64,000 nucleotides of DNA from contig JAIPKD010000006.1 of the NCBI GenBank assembly GCA_021733835.1, positions 211 to 64,210 of the forward strand. Reading direction: 5' to 3'. Source of the stretch: Verrucomicrobiota bacterium. GTDB lineage: Bacteria; Verrucomicrobiota; Verrucomicrobiia; Limisphaerales; JAIPKD01. The notes under the pieces were generated by a model that had not been told where the DNA came from, searched no databases, and was given only the letters and a program-made list of their open reading frames with translations. The translations under genes and the position numbers were made by a program. How positions within the stretch are numbered: position 1 is the stretch's first letter; every line of letters begins with the position of its first letter. Shown one piece after another: positions 10,701 to 18,595 of this stretch.

Positions 10701-10845
10701 AATCCGGGTTCGATTTCGTGATCCTGAATCACGGTCATTGCAATCTGTTATTGTGAACGGAAAACCATGGACACAATTCAAAGATGACTGGGTCACCCTG
10801 CCGGGGTCGGTCGGTAACGCCAAAATTTCAGCAAACTTCAATTAA
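7756..10845 (+). CDS. Secreted hypothetical protein (~1029 aa); the C-terminal half may be a six-hairpin/(alpha/alpha)6 glycosidase-like domain
   Basis: Long ORF. The internal ATG at 7756 gives MKMNAYPIRNRLMVGLFVFCSTLQSLVGAQ, a signal peptide. The upstream part of the ORF overlaps repeat copy A. Trp/Tyr-rich helical segments (GYNQHHGWILWMLAEHYRFTRDKAWLEQAAPG) hint at an alpha/alpha barrel. I do not recognise the family. Confidence 0.6.
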   Translation: MKMNAYPIRNRLMVGLFVFCSTLQSLVGAQLDVAPFGIPLPDACGVKWEDPRELHEVEVQFKETVPAPETVHLEYWGSWWPEQHLPKDREPGGGDIGWMELGNWYKYGWRTADTICETQGHSLKFRFRPVNEKEFPKIEDYPAPFRYTLKMRICSEAPLPPVDRLKAYTDSTMEPMVVRVLYEETPLKMPSVEVFNGSLESVEKTASRELMLNLQVSVNSDPNTFDKTLVTLRTDDNVFTFKVDDLKDGPLILTHLGIAVVRDNDTRDYTELRKEQKGREGATLYERVKQLPEQTWKSAWDSMPPKKSHIYFPLGLDGGRQRFRLHANGDIDFRSNDHYLKNLKGNDTDRLDLEPPPVEIKFGLPDVPVDRSLEGNGLPVCRTVWNQNGVQVEQTAFVTELNGLKSEGPAPDADAFTVFMARFAFTNTSTSAQSVSWHIEYHSGGDAKTLRLDDSGMLWIGDQLRGQVEGLQSMWANIKDTQWTFKLKPGEDVITLVKIPYCILTESSEWDSLKSLNYDVQHTAVAEYWRRQFEKGARLITPEPMLNAFYRSHAMHLLVNCEREPGSDRRFARVGSFSYGAYGNESCMMVLDLERRGYHKLAQDCLDAWLHYQGTVPLPGSFSGHDGVLYGAAGYEAGGYNQHHGWILWMLAEHYRFTRDKAWLEQAAPGIIKGADWIIRETARTSDRSELEQGLLPAGSLEDIGDWWTWLSTSCYTWRGLDNAAWALEEIQHPEADRIRQAADDYHAALLKNFREAAARSPVVRLRDGTAVPKFPSHVHRRGRSFGWICETLEGAIHLLITRALDPNSQEAEWILKDYEDNLYLSNQYGYTLDDFDTEWFSHGGMSMQACLLLGVEPYLYRDDVKHALRALFNGQAVSYFPDVCLNTEHALPELGDWRGDHFKSSDESNAAGWLRYLFVREDNEYLLLIGQAIPREWLAADKHCGIENAATWFGTVSVMYHGTKDQIICDLKGPQRNPPREIRVRFRDPESRSLQSVIVNGKPWTQFKDDWVTLPGSVGNAKISANFN

Positions 10846-11201
10846 TCCTGTGGCAAAAAGATATGTAGTTGATTGCGTTACATGTCATGGTTTATCGATG
10901 GGTATCCTTAAATTAGTAATTAAGCCATCTTCCACAGCTGCATCCAGTCCCTTGATCTGTTTACGAACCTTTCTGTTCTTATTTGACTTAATAACTATTT
11001 TAAGGCGTTGAGGTTGTTATCCGGTCAATGAGAACCTACAGGCAAGGCGGATGGGCTTCTATGGTAGCACTCATTAACAGACCCTCCCCAAGGTGCAGGG
11101 ATGCTCGTGGGCCCCCTGAAATAAGACTGAGGATTTTTAGGCGTATTATGGTTGGCGGTTGACATTCGGCTCTGGGGGCGGGATGATTATGAAATACAGT
11201 C

Positions 11202-12272
11202 ATGACACTAAAAACCTTAAGCTTATTGTGCGGGGGATGCCTGGGACTTGCTTCTCTATTGAGTGGCGCTGATCCAGCTTCATCAGACGCCGGTCGGGTA
11301 ATCCAACCTCAGGCTTCGTCCTTTAACACGCCCGAATTTTGGGAGTATAGTGACCCGCTGGTGGCGCCTGAAGCACGGGCGGAAAATCGCAGTCGTGCCC
11401 AGAAGGATCCGACTGTGGTTTTTTATAATGGCCGTTGGCACCTTTTCATGACCGTTAAATTGCCGGGCCGCTCGGCTATCGAATATTGTGGCTTTGAAGA
11501 CTGGAAAAATGCCGATACCTCGAAACGAACCCTGCTGCAGATATGTGACAGTGATTATTTTTGCGCCCCGCAGGTGTTCTATTTTCGGCCGCACGAGAAA
11601 TGGTATCTGGTCTATCAGGCAGGCATGCCGGGTGCCGACAAGATGTGGGTAGCCTATTCCACTACCACAACCATTGACGATCCAAGCTCCTGGTCCCAGG
11701 CCAAACCGATGTTGGACGGCGGACCCGATGACCCGCGCCAGCAAGGAGGGCTCGATTATTGGATCATCTGTGATGACCAGCGGGCTTACCTGTTTCTGAC
11801 CAGTTTGAATGGCAAAATGTGGCGGCTATGGACCCGACTGGACGAGTTCCCAAATGGATTCCGGGACTGTCAACTGGCGCTGAACGCCAAGGTATTCGAA
11901 GCCAGTCACACCTATCGACTTAAGGGTATGCAGCAATACCTGACCATTATCGAGGAGAACGGTCGGCGGTATTACAAGGCTTACATTTCCGATCGACTGG
12001 ATGGTGAGTGGGAGCCCGTGGCGGACACGGCAGAGGAGCCGTTTGCCGGTTGGGCCAATATCCGGCCTGCGACCGGTGTGCAGCCCTGGACGGACAACGT
12101 CAGTCATGGAGAACTGATTCGGGATGGATATGATGAAACCTTGACGGTGGACCCGGATAACCTGCGATTCTTATTTCAGGGGATGTGGGACAAGGACAAA
12201 TCAGGGAAGGGCTATGGCCGCTTTCAATGGCGGATCGGCATGCTGACGCCGGTCTCGGCAGTCGAACCATAG
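11202..12272 (+). CDS. GH62-family alpha-L-arabinofuranosidase (five-bladed beta-propeller)
   Basis: Signal peptide present. Blocks match GH62 enzymes: DPTVVFYNGRWHLF, APQVFYFRPHEKWYLVYQ, FPNGF, FEASHTYRLKGMQQYLTIIEENGRRYYKAY.SDRLDGEWEPV, EEPFAG, VSHGELIRDG, LRFLFQG, WRIGMLT. Confidence 0.85.
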   Translation: MTLKTLSLLCGGCLGLASLLSGADPASSDAGRVIQPQASSFNTPEFWEYSDPLVAPEARAENRSRAQKDPTVVFYNGRWHLFMTVKLPGRSAIEYCGFEDWKNADTSKRTLLQICDSDYFCAPQVFYFRPHEKWYLVYQAGMPGADKMWVAYSTTTTIDDPSSWSQAKPMLDGGPDDPRQQGGLDYWIICDDQRAYLFLTSLNGKMWRLWTRLDEFPNGFRDCQLALNAKVFEASHTYRLKGMQQYLTIIEENGRRYYKAYISDRLDGEWEPVADTAEEPFAGWANIRPATGVQPWTDNVSHGELIRDGYDETLTVDPDNLRFLFQGMWDKDKSGKGYGRFQWRIGMLTPVSAVEP

Positions 12273-12603
12273 CGAATTGTCGGATACCTTGCGTTTTCCT
12301 TTCAGGATACAATTCTGCCTTCATGAAGCGCTTCCCAACGTTCTTGAGGGCCAGTTAGTGGCAAGCGGTACCGACTTGTTGAGAAGGCTACTCATGAGCT
12401 CCGAAAAGGCATCTAACACAGAAGGATGTGTTGCGGCGAACCCGGTTGGGCACGTCCCTGGTTGAATAAGCCCGATGAATAAGAAGCGGCGGACGAAGCG
12501 GCTTATGCGTTTTGTGTTGAACGACAACAACTTTTTCATTTGACAAAACATCTTTTAAAATAATAGTCTTGGCTAATACAATTTAAGGAAAGGCGAGTTT
12601 GAT

Positions 12604-12960
12604 ATGACACCAATACTTATTGCCCTGGCAGTGTGCTTGCCGATCGTCGGTCTGATGGGTGGTATTTATTTATGGATTCAGCGTAGCCGCATACCTGAAC
12701 TGATTCGATTCAAGGTGTTGCGAGTGTTACTGTACGTGATTATTGGCAGTGGGAGTCTTGTTATGTTCGTAGAAGTATTAGGCTCCGAACCCGGAGAGTC
12801 TGTGTTTGCGAGTTTGCTGTTGTATGTATTCTTGTTTTTTAGTTTTGGTCTTGGCGCCGGCTCGGTGGCGCTGGAGATGCGCAAGTGCCGCCGGAATTTT
12901 AGAGAGAAACTCATGAGGAACGGGGTCACACAAACTAACAATGGTGATCTCGATGAATAA
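12604..12960 (+). CDS. Small integral membrane protein (about 3 TM), hypothetical
   Basis: 118-aa ORF with three hydrophobic helices and a charged C-terminal tail. No recognisable family. Confidence 0.5.
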   Translation: MTPILIALAVCLPIVGLMGGIYLWIQRSRIPELIRFKVLRVLLYVIIGSGSLVMFVEVLGSEPGESVFASLLLYVFLFFSFGLGAGSVALEMRKCRRNFREKLMRNGVTQTNNGDLDE

Positions 12961-13043
12961 ATCCGTGTGTTGGTATCTCTGTGAGAGCATTTTTCGAAGA
13001 GAGATAGGGAGGTACGATCACGCAACGAAGGATCGATCCCATT

Positions 13044-13172
13044 AGCCGCGCTCCGCAACCCTTACCGTTCGCGTTCCCGTCCGGATTAATAAATTTGAAA
13101 GAAATTCTAATGATCGAAACCGACCACGGACATCACGGGAATCGCGAACGTGAACGTAGCCGGAATCGAAAC
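13044..13172. repeat. Partial repeat-family copy: junction motif plus long-loop hairpin module
   Basis: agccgcgctccgcaaccc..ccgttcgcgttcccg (13065-13079) pairs with cgggaatcgcgaacg (13136-13150, one bulge). The architecture parallels 14411-14505 in copy B. Confidence 0.6.
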
Positions 13173-13259
13173 TTCTTTGCGTCCTTCGCGCCCTTGGCGA
13201 GGTACATTTTCTCTCGCAAAAACGCTAAGACCGCCAAGTATATCCACGAATAATTGCAT

Positions 13260-13495
13260 GAGCTGTGAGCTGTGAGCTGTGAACGGGGAAAGGGGAGGTG
13301 CAATGTCGGATTATGGGGTAAGGATTCATCAGGATTACGGATTAAAGGAGGCCAGGAGGAGAGCTAAGTATGGTTACCCACCCCTTTCATCCCCTCCGGT
13401 GGAGGGGATCATTGTATAGTTCCCCTCCTTGGAGGAGTAGGGCTGGGTTTTTCCTCCGCGCAAGAGAAACCTCAACAGCTCAACAGCTTAATCAT
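13260..13495. repeat. Hairpin-rich intergenic element bounded by inverted short tandem repeats
   Basis: 3x gagctgt tandem at 13260-13283 on the left. On the right, 2x caacagct at 13473-13492, an approximate reverse complement. Internal G/C hairpins cccctccggtggagggg and cccctccttggaggag. Confidence 0.6.
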
Positions 13496-13559
13496 TCAAA
13501 ACCGGGACTTACGCTTTTTGTTGGGCTTTTTTTGCTATAAATATTTCATCCCTAACGGG

Positions 13560-13723
13560 ATTCTGGAAGGCGAAGGCGCTTGGCAATCGGATGAAGGCGT
13601 AGCATTCAAAGCTGCTGTGGCTGATCCTTCGGACACAGCCGCGCTCCGGCGGATTGAACGCGACTGTGCGTATCAAGGACATTTTATTCTGATAATTCCC
13701 GCTATTTATTAGCTTTTTAAGCA
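13560..13723. repeat. Copy D of the repeat family (central plus 3' modules only)
   Basis: 13582-13723 aligns with 49364-49506 (ggcaatcggatgaaggcgtagcattc..gctgatccttcggacacagccgcgctccggcggattgaacgcgactgtgcgtatcaaggac..ctatttattagctttttaagca). Confidence 0.8.
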
Positions 13724-13731
13724 ATTTACCC

Positions 13732-14166
13732 CTAGCTCACCGATGGCAGCCCCTCCGTAACTCCCGAATTACCAAGCGGCGCCGTGGGGCCGCCATTCGG
13801 TGGAGCGCCTGGTTCGCTATTGCTGCTCACGCCTGCTCGTCGCCGGATGTGGATGTACGGTAGCATCAGGAGGCACAGTATGACCAAGTGGAAACAGGCG
13901 GCTTTAGAGTCTGTTGTGCCGATGGCAACCAGTGTGCCAACCGTAAATAGGATCAGCCCCTTGTGTCCTACCTGTGGTTTTATAAAGTACGCACCTGCGG
14001 CAAGCACCATTCCCAAGCAAAGCAACTGAACCGTTACAGGCACGGTTCCGGCATCACTACGAAAATTGATGATTGCGTAGCGCAGCAGTGAAATAGAACA
14101 CAGCACCAAATACAATCCAGCGATCACCGTAATGTACCAGTATCTTTTGGTTTCCTTCATGGCCAT
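13732..14166 (-). CDS. Small integral membrane protein (about 4 TM) with a Pro/Gly-rich tail, hypothetical
   Basis: 144-aa ORF with four hydrophobic segments. No recognisable family. Confidence 0.5.
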   Translation of the reverse strand: MAMKETKRYWYITVIAGLYLVLCSISLLRYAIINFRSDAGTVPVTVQLLCLGMVLAAGAYFIKPQVGHKGLILFTVGTLVAIGTTDSKAACFHLVILCLLMLPYIHIRRRAGVSSNSEPGAPPNGGPTAPLGNSGVTEGLPSVS

Positions 14167-14251
14167 ATTCTAGTTAGCGAACCATTCGATTACTAGGAGA
14201 TATTTCCTACTATGTTGATATTAGTCGACAACCTGGGAACACTTTTCTAGT

Positions 14252-14520
14252 GATAAATTGCGATAATCCGTAAAATATCGGGCGTGATCAATCTTCGGAG
14301 CGCGACTGTGCTGAAAGCCGGTCGCGGATGTCTGAAGAAGACGTTGCCCCCGGTAATCGAATAAAGCCATGGCATTCGAGGCCGCTGCGGCTGATCTTTC
14401 AGACACAGAAGCGCTCCGCACCCCCCCTGTACGCGTTCGCGTTTTTCGTATAGCATCATCGACTGCGAATAACCAGAATCAGAATCGGGAATGCGAACGC
14501 GTACGTGTACGCGAACAGAG
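14252..14520. repeat. Copy B of the repeat family (5' plus central modules) with an appended long-loop hairpin
   Basis: 14252-14422 is near-identical to copy A. It is followed by a perfect 12-bp inverted repeat, gtacgcgttcgc (14430-14441) / gcgaacgcgtac (14494-14505). Confidence 0.85.
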
Positions 14521-14537
14521 CCGGAAGCCGGTTGTTT

Positions 14538-15239
14538 TTACTTTTTGCAGCGGAAACTGAGTATGTCGTAGTCGAGCACCGTATAATCCTTGGTTTCCAA
14601 GCGCATTTTCCCGGCGCGTTTGGCGCCTGTTTCTCCGCCGTATTGGATTAAGTCTTCGAAGCTGATCACCTCGGCGCGGATAAAGCCTTTTTGGAGATCG
14701 GTATGGATTTCAGAGGCGGCGTCTTTTGCCGTGGTACCATTTGGGATTAGCCAAGCCCTATTTTCCTTTCCGCCGACGGTGGCGAAGGAGATGTAGTCCG
14801 AGAACTTGACTGCGTCGGAGACGAGTGCCGGCCAGTTTTCTGCGTCAATGGACGGCTCCGAGACAACCGGCTTCAGAGTGATCCATTTTCTGGAACCGAG
14901 CAATTTCTTCTCGGCGGGTGTCAGCTCGAGTGTGGATATAAACCGTTCTTGCTCGAGGGCGTCTTGGAGTTTTACAAGGAGCTGTTTTTCGTCATCCTCC
15001 GGACTCCTGGCGAGTCTGGTTTCTATAAACTCCAGGTCTTCAAGGATGAGGTCACTAATGTATTCCTTTTTGGTAATAATCGCGTCGGCCTCGTTCAGGT
15101 CGTCGGCATCGGTTACCTCGATCGTCGCATAAGCTTTTTTCTTGGCTTCGACCAGTTCGTGAATTTGATCGAGCCGCGTGTCGCGGACATTGTGATTGCC
15201 GTTTTGGATATCCGTTAAATTATAAGCGCAGATTTTCAT
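14538..15239 (-). CDS. YchF-like protein lacking the P-loop GTPase/ATPase motifs (helical insert plus TGS/DUF933 C-terminal domain only)
   Basis: The C-terminus [72 protein letters not shown] matches the YchF C-terminal domain. There is no GxxxxGK(S/T) motif anywhere. The protein is 233 aa versus about 360 for YchF. Confidence 0.7.
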   Translation of the reverse strand: MKICAYNLTDIQNGNHNVRDTRLDQIHELVEAKKKAYATIEVTDADDLNEADAIITKKEYISDLILEDLEFIETRLARSPEDDEKQLLVKLQDALEQERFISTLELTPAEKKLLGSRKWITLKPVVSEPSIDAENWPALVSDAVKFSDYISFATVGGKENRAWLIPNGTTAKDAASEIHTDLQKGFIRAEVISFEDLIQYGGETGAKRAGKMRLETKDYTVLDYDILSFRCKK

Positions 15240-15408
15240 TTGTCGGTTTCGAGGATTGAATGCCCGAAAGCAAGGCGAAGTTATGTAAAGAAAAAGAGCG
15301 GTGTTGTCAAATTATTTATATCGGCCTCTTATCTCGGATAAAGGGAAGGCAACGGCATATTGGGCGTATTATATTGAAATTTCGGTATTTGCGAATATTG
15401 TACACACG

Positions 15409-15774
15409 ATGAGTAAGGTATTAATAGCGGAGGATGACCCGCTAATGATGCAGCTTGTGTCTTTCAAGTTAAAGCAGAATGGTGTGAACGTCATTACCGC
15501 CAGAGACGGGGAGTCCGCGTTGGCCCTGGCGCAAAATGAGAAACCCGATCTGATAGTGCTTGATTGCATGATGCCGGTCATGGATGGATTCGAGGTGCTT
15601 CGGCGGCTCAAGGAATCGGATGAGCTGAGGCGTATTCCGGTAGTAATGCTGACGGCGCGCAACAAGGATGTGGATGTAGTTACAGGGCTCGAGCTGGGTG
15701 CGTCAGACTACATACCGAAGCCATTCAGTCCAAATGAGTTTATTGCACGGGTAAAACGGCTTCTTTCAAATTAA
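15409..15774 (+). CDS. Stand-alone response-regulator receiver domain (CheY-like)
   Basis: MSKVLIAEDDPLMMQL..DLIVLDCMMPVMDGFEVLRRLK..PVVMLTA..GASDYIPKPFSPNEF is a canonical REC domain. The start is chosen at the internal ATG at 15409. Confidence 0.85.
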   Translation: MSKVLIAEDDPLMMQLVSFKLKQNGVNVITARDGESALALAQNEKPDLIVLDCMMPVMDGFEVLRRLKESDELRRIPVVMLTARNKDVDVVTGLELGASDYIPKPFSPNEFIARVKRLLSN

Positions 15775-15787
15775 TAGTAACATTATA

Positions 15788-18565
15788 ATGGATACATCTT
15801 GTTATTCTCGAGCGCGGAGAATTTCCGTAAGCGTCGGCAGCGCGCTGGGATGGTTGTCACAGCTGGCTGTCTTTGTACTGGCATGTGTTGCGGGGCGGCT
15901 TAACGCCGGTCTTATCCTGAACGAGTATAACGCCGTGGGTACGGATAAGTACCTGGAGGGCGCGGGGCAGTCGGGAGACACGTTTTTTGGATATGTTCGC
16001 GGTAACGGTGGGAACTGGTTCGAGCTCGTCGTGGTCGAAGACCATTTGGATATCCGCGGCTGGCGGATGGAATGGAGCTGGTACGACGACGCGCAAAATC
16101 GCGGCGGTGGTGTGATAAAGGTATCGGACTCACCGGTGTTTGCTAATCTACGCGCGGGCACGCTTGTTACATTTATCGAGGACGACACGGCAGGCGGCGG
16201 ACTGGACACGGATACGGTTGTCTATCCCGAGGTTGATGACTGGTGGTTGAATGTGTGCGTGGGCGAGCATGTACTGGTTGAGACCGAAGGCGCGTTTGTT
16301 GAAGATGGCATTGAGAGAACGCTGGCGGATGGCGAATTCCAGGTGAACAATGACAATTGGGTTTTAACGATCAAGGATGCGGATGGGAATTTGGTCTTCG
16401 GCCCGGCGGGTGAAGGGAGCGAGTACTGGCCGGGTTCCGGCGTCAACAGCAGGGAAACGGCCCGGCTCCAGACCGACCCGTCACCGTGGGTGCACCCCGG
16501 ATCGGAGTATTCGGACGGCGAGACGAGCACATTCGGGGCGCCGAATGATTGGGACGCCGGAGTGAATACCCAAGATTTTTCGCGGCTTAGGACGGTTGCA
16601 CCGGAGCGTCCGCGGATTAGCAGACTATACTCGGTGCCGGATTCAGAGAAACTCGTTATCGAATGGAACGGGTTTAACGGTCAGCCGTACTTGATCCAAT
16701 CGGCCGAGCTGGGTGTATTGTCCGGCAAGGCGGATGCTGCGTGGCGCGATATTTTGCATTTGACCGGCGGTGATAATCCTATATCGGCGAGTTTACAATT
16801 GGAGCGCGAAAGCCGCGGACGGCTTTACCGGGTGGTTATCCCCGGCGCCGCGCAGGTTGAGCCGTTATTTGCGTTGAATCATGCCAGTTCGTGGTTTGCC
16901 GAAGGCCCGCGAATTACCCTTGATTTCCAAAATGAACAGGCGCTCGTAAGGTTTACCACCGACGGTAGTGTGCCGACGTTGGAGAGCGAGTTGTTCCAGG
17001 GTGAATTGGGTATTACGAATAACACCGTTGTCCGATTGCGCGCGTTTCCCGGCGGCCGGTTGCCGGGGGAGACGGAGACCGTTTTTCTCGGTGTCGGAGA
17101 ACAGCCGGCGCTGCCTGTAATGGCGTTGGTTACCGAGCCTTCGAACCTGTTCGATCCGGAGACGGGGATTTACGAGAATCCGATGAACCGGGGGCGTGAC
17201 TGGGAGCGTCCCGTAGAAACGGTGTTTTTGGGTGACGCCGGTGATTCGAATTTCCAGGTGGGCGCGGGCTTACGCATAGCGGGTCAGTACAGCAGGAACC
17301 ACGATAAGAAGTCTTTTCGTCTGTATTTTAGAGGCGACTACGGCCCGCGCGTGATGAACCGTGTCGTCTTTTCAGACAAACCGGATGTGGATGAATTCGA
17401 TGTCCTCGTTGTCCGTAGCGGCGCGACCGATCAATATGTGGATAATTGGTCGCTGATACGAGATCCGTTGCTACACAGGTTATATGCGGAAACAGGCGGA
17501 TACTACGCCGCATGTGAGTTTGTCCATTTGTATATCAACAGCGAGTACTGGGGTATATACACTTTGCGCGAGAGGGTGGACGAGAATTATCTGCTCGCGA
17601 ATTTCGGGAGCGAGGATGTTGATCTTATCAAGTTCGAGAACGAATCACCGGTGGCGGAGGTCGGGGATATGTCGGCGTGGAACGAGATGACGAATTTCTT
17701 CAATAACGCAGAGCCTGCGAATGAAGATGATTACTCGCAAGCGGCGGAATATTGGGACTTAAGAGATTTTACCGATTACCAGATATTCGAAATCTACAGC
17801 GGCAACCAGGACTGGCCGCACAACAACGTATATGCGTTTCGTGAGCGTGTTGATGACGCGCAATGGCGGTTTATCCTTTGGGATATGGATTTAACGATGG
17901 GCCTGCCATGGTGGGATATCGATCATGTATTCCACGACACACTGGCTTGGGCGACGAGGTCACAGCCGGAAATCGGTCTAGCGCCGCCATGGCTTCAAGG
18001 TGAAGACGGGCGCGAAGACCAAGGGCGACTGCTTTGGTCGACGCTTATCTTGCGGAAGCTGCTTGAGAACCCGGCCTATCGTGTGCGGTTTATAAATAGG
18101 TTCGCCGATTTGCTGAACTCGACGTTGTCGTACGATAACGTCGAGTCCGAACTTTCGCGGCTTGAATCATTGTTATCGAGCGAAATCCGGAAGGAAGAAG
18201 TGCGATGGGATAAACCGGTAGGGCAATGGGATACAAATATCGAGCAAATACGCAGGTTCGCCGAGCTGCGCCCCGGGTTTTTGAGAGAGAAGATTGCGGA
18301 GCGCTTCAATTTGCCGGGCTTGACTACCGTCAGATTGAGCGTCTCCGGCGGAGGCGGAAATGTGCGGATTAACTCGGTCGAAGCGAATCCTTTACCGTGG
18401 GAGGGTGTTTATTTCCGGTCGGTTCCGGTCACGGTATCAGCCGCGCCGGATGAGGGTTATGAATTCGCGGGTTGGATAAATTCCGGTCTCCCGGATTCGG
18501 AGACGCTATTTCTCACGCCGACAAATAGCTTGATCGAGCTTGAAGCCGCGTTTCAGCAGAAGTGA
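15788..18565 (+). CDS. Secreted LTD/CotH-family protein (925 aa)
   Basis: N-terminal TM/signal segment. LTD-like LILNEYNAV..NWFELVVVEDHLDIRGWRMEW. VRFTTDGSVPT chitobiase-type module. CotH core (YINSEYWGIYTLRERVDENYLLANFG, DWPHNNVYAFRE). Confidence 0.8.
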   Translation: MDTSCYSRARRISVSVGSALGWLSQLAVFVLACVAGRLNAGLILNEYNAVGTDKYLEGAGQSGDTFFGYVRGNGGNWFELVVVEDHLDIRGWRMEWSWYDDAQNRGGGVIKVSDSPVFANLRAGTLVTFIEDDTAGGGLDTDTVVYPEVDDWWLNVCVGEHVLVETEGAFVEDGIERTLADGEFQVNNDNWVLTIKDADGNLVFGPAGEGSEYWPGSGVNSRETARLQTDPSPWVHPGSEYSDGETSTFGAPNDWDAGVNTQDFSRLRTVAPERPRISRLYSVPDSEKLVIEWNGFNGQPYLIQSAELGVLSGKADAAWRDILHLTGGDNPISASLQLERESRGRLYRVVIPGAAQVEPLFALNHASSWFAEGPRITLDFQNEQALVRFTTDGSVPTLESELFQGELGITNNTVVRLRAFPGGRLPGETETVFLGVGEQPALPVMALVTEPSNLFDPETGIYENPMNRGRDWERPVETVFLGDAGDSNFQVGAGLRIAGQYSRNHDKKSFRLYFRGDYGPRVMNRVVFSDKPDVDEFDVLVVRSGATDQYVDNWSLIRDPLLHRLYAETGGYYAACEFVHLYINSEYWGIYTLRERVDENYLLANFGSEDVDLIKFENESPVAEVGDMSAWNEMTNFFNNAEPANEDDYSQAAEYWDLRDFTDYQIFEIYSGNQDWPHNNVYAFRERVDDAQWRFILWDMDLTMGLPWWDIDHVFHDTLAWATRSQPEIGLAPPWLQGEDGREDQGRLLWSTLILRKLLENPAYRVRFINRFADLLNSTLSYDNVESELSRLESLLSSEIRKEEVRWDKPVGQWDTNIEQIRRFAELRPGFLREKIAERFNLPGLTTVRLSVSGGGGNVRINSVEANPLPWEGVYFRSVPVTVSAAPDEGYEFAGWINSGLPDSETLFLTPTNSLIELEAAFQQK

Positions 18566-18595
18566 GGTTGTTTTTTTTGAAAAATTGTCGGTCAC

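Noticed and set aside
11159-11190. TTGACA at 11159-11164 with a downstream A/T-rich hexamer, as a sigma-70 promoter for the GH62 gene.
   Set aside because: The spacing to the best -10 candidates is 18-20 nt and the ATG is only about 12 nt further on. Promoter consensus in this lineage is unknown, so this is too weak to call.
13110-13253. 47-codon ORF (MIETDHGHHGNRERERSRNRNFFASFAPLARYIFSRKNAKTAKYIHE) in the repeat hotspot.
   Set aside because: It spans the loop and 3' arm of the long-loop hairpin module and consists of repeat-derived low-complexity sequence. It has no SD sequence or conserved context.
13044-14520. Clustered repeats as a possible CRISPR array.
   Set aside because: The repeats are long (160-270 nt), irregularly spaced, partly in different module combinations, and separated by genes. 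There are no short direct repeats with uniform spacers and no cas genes.
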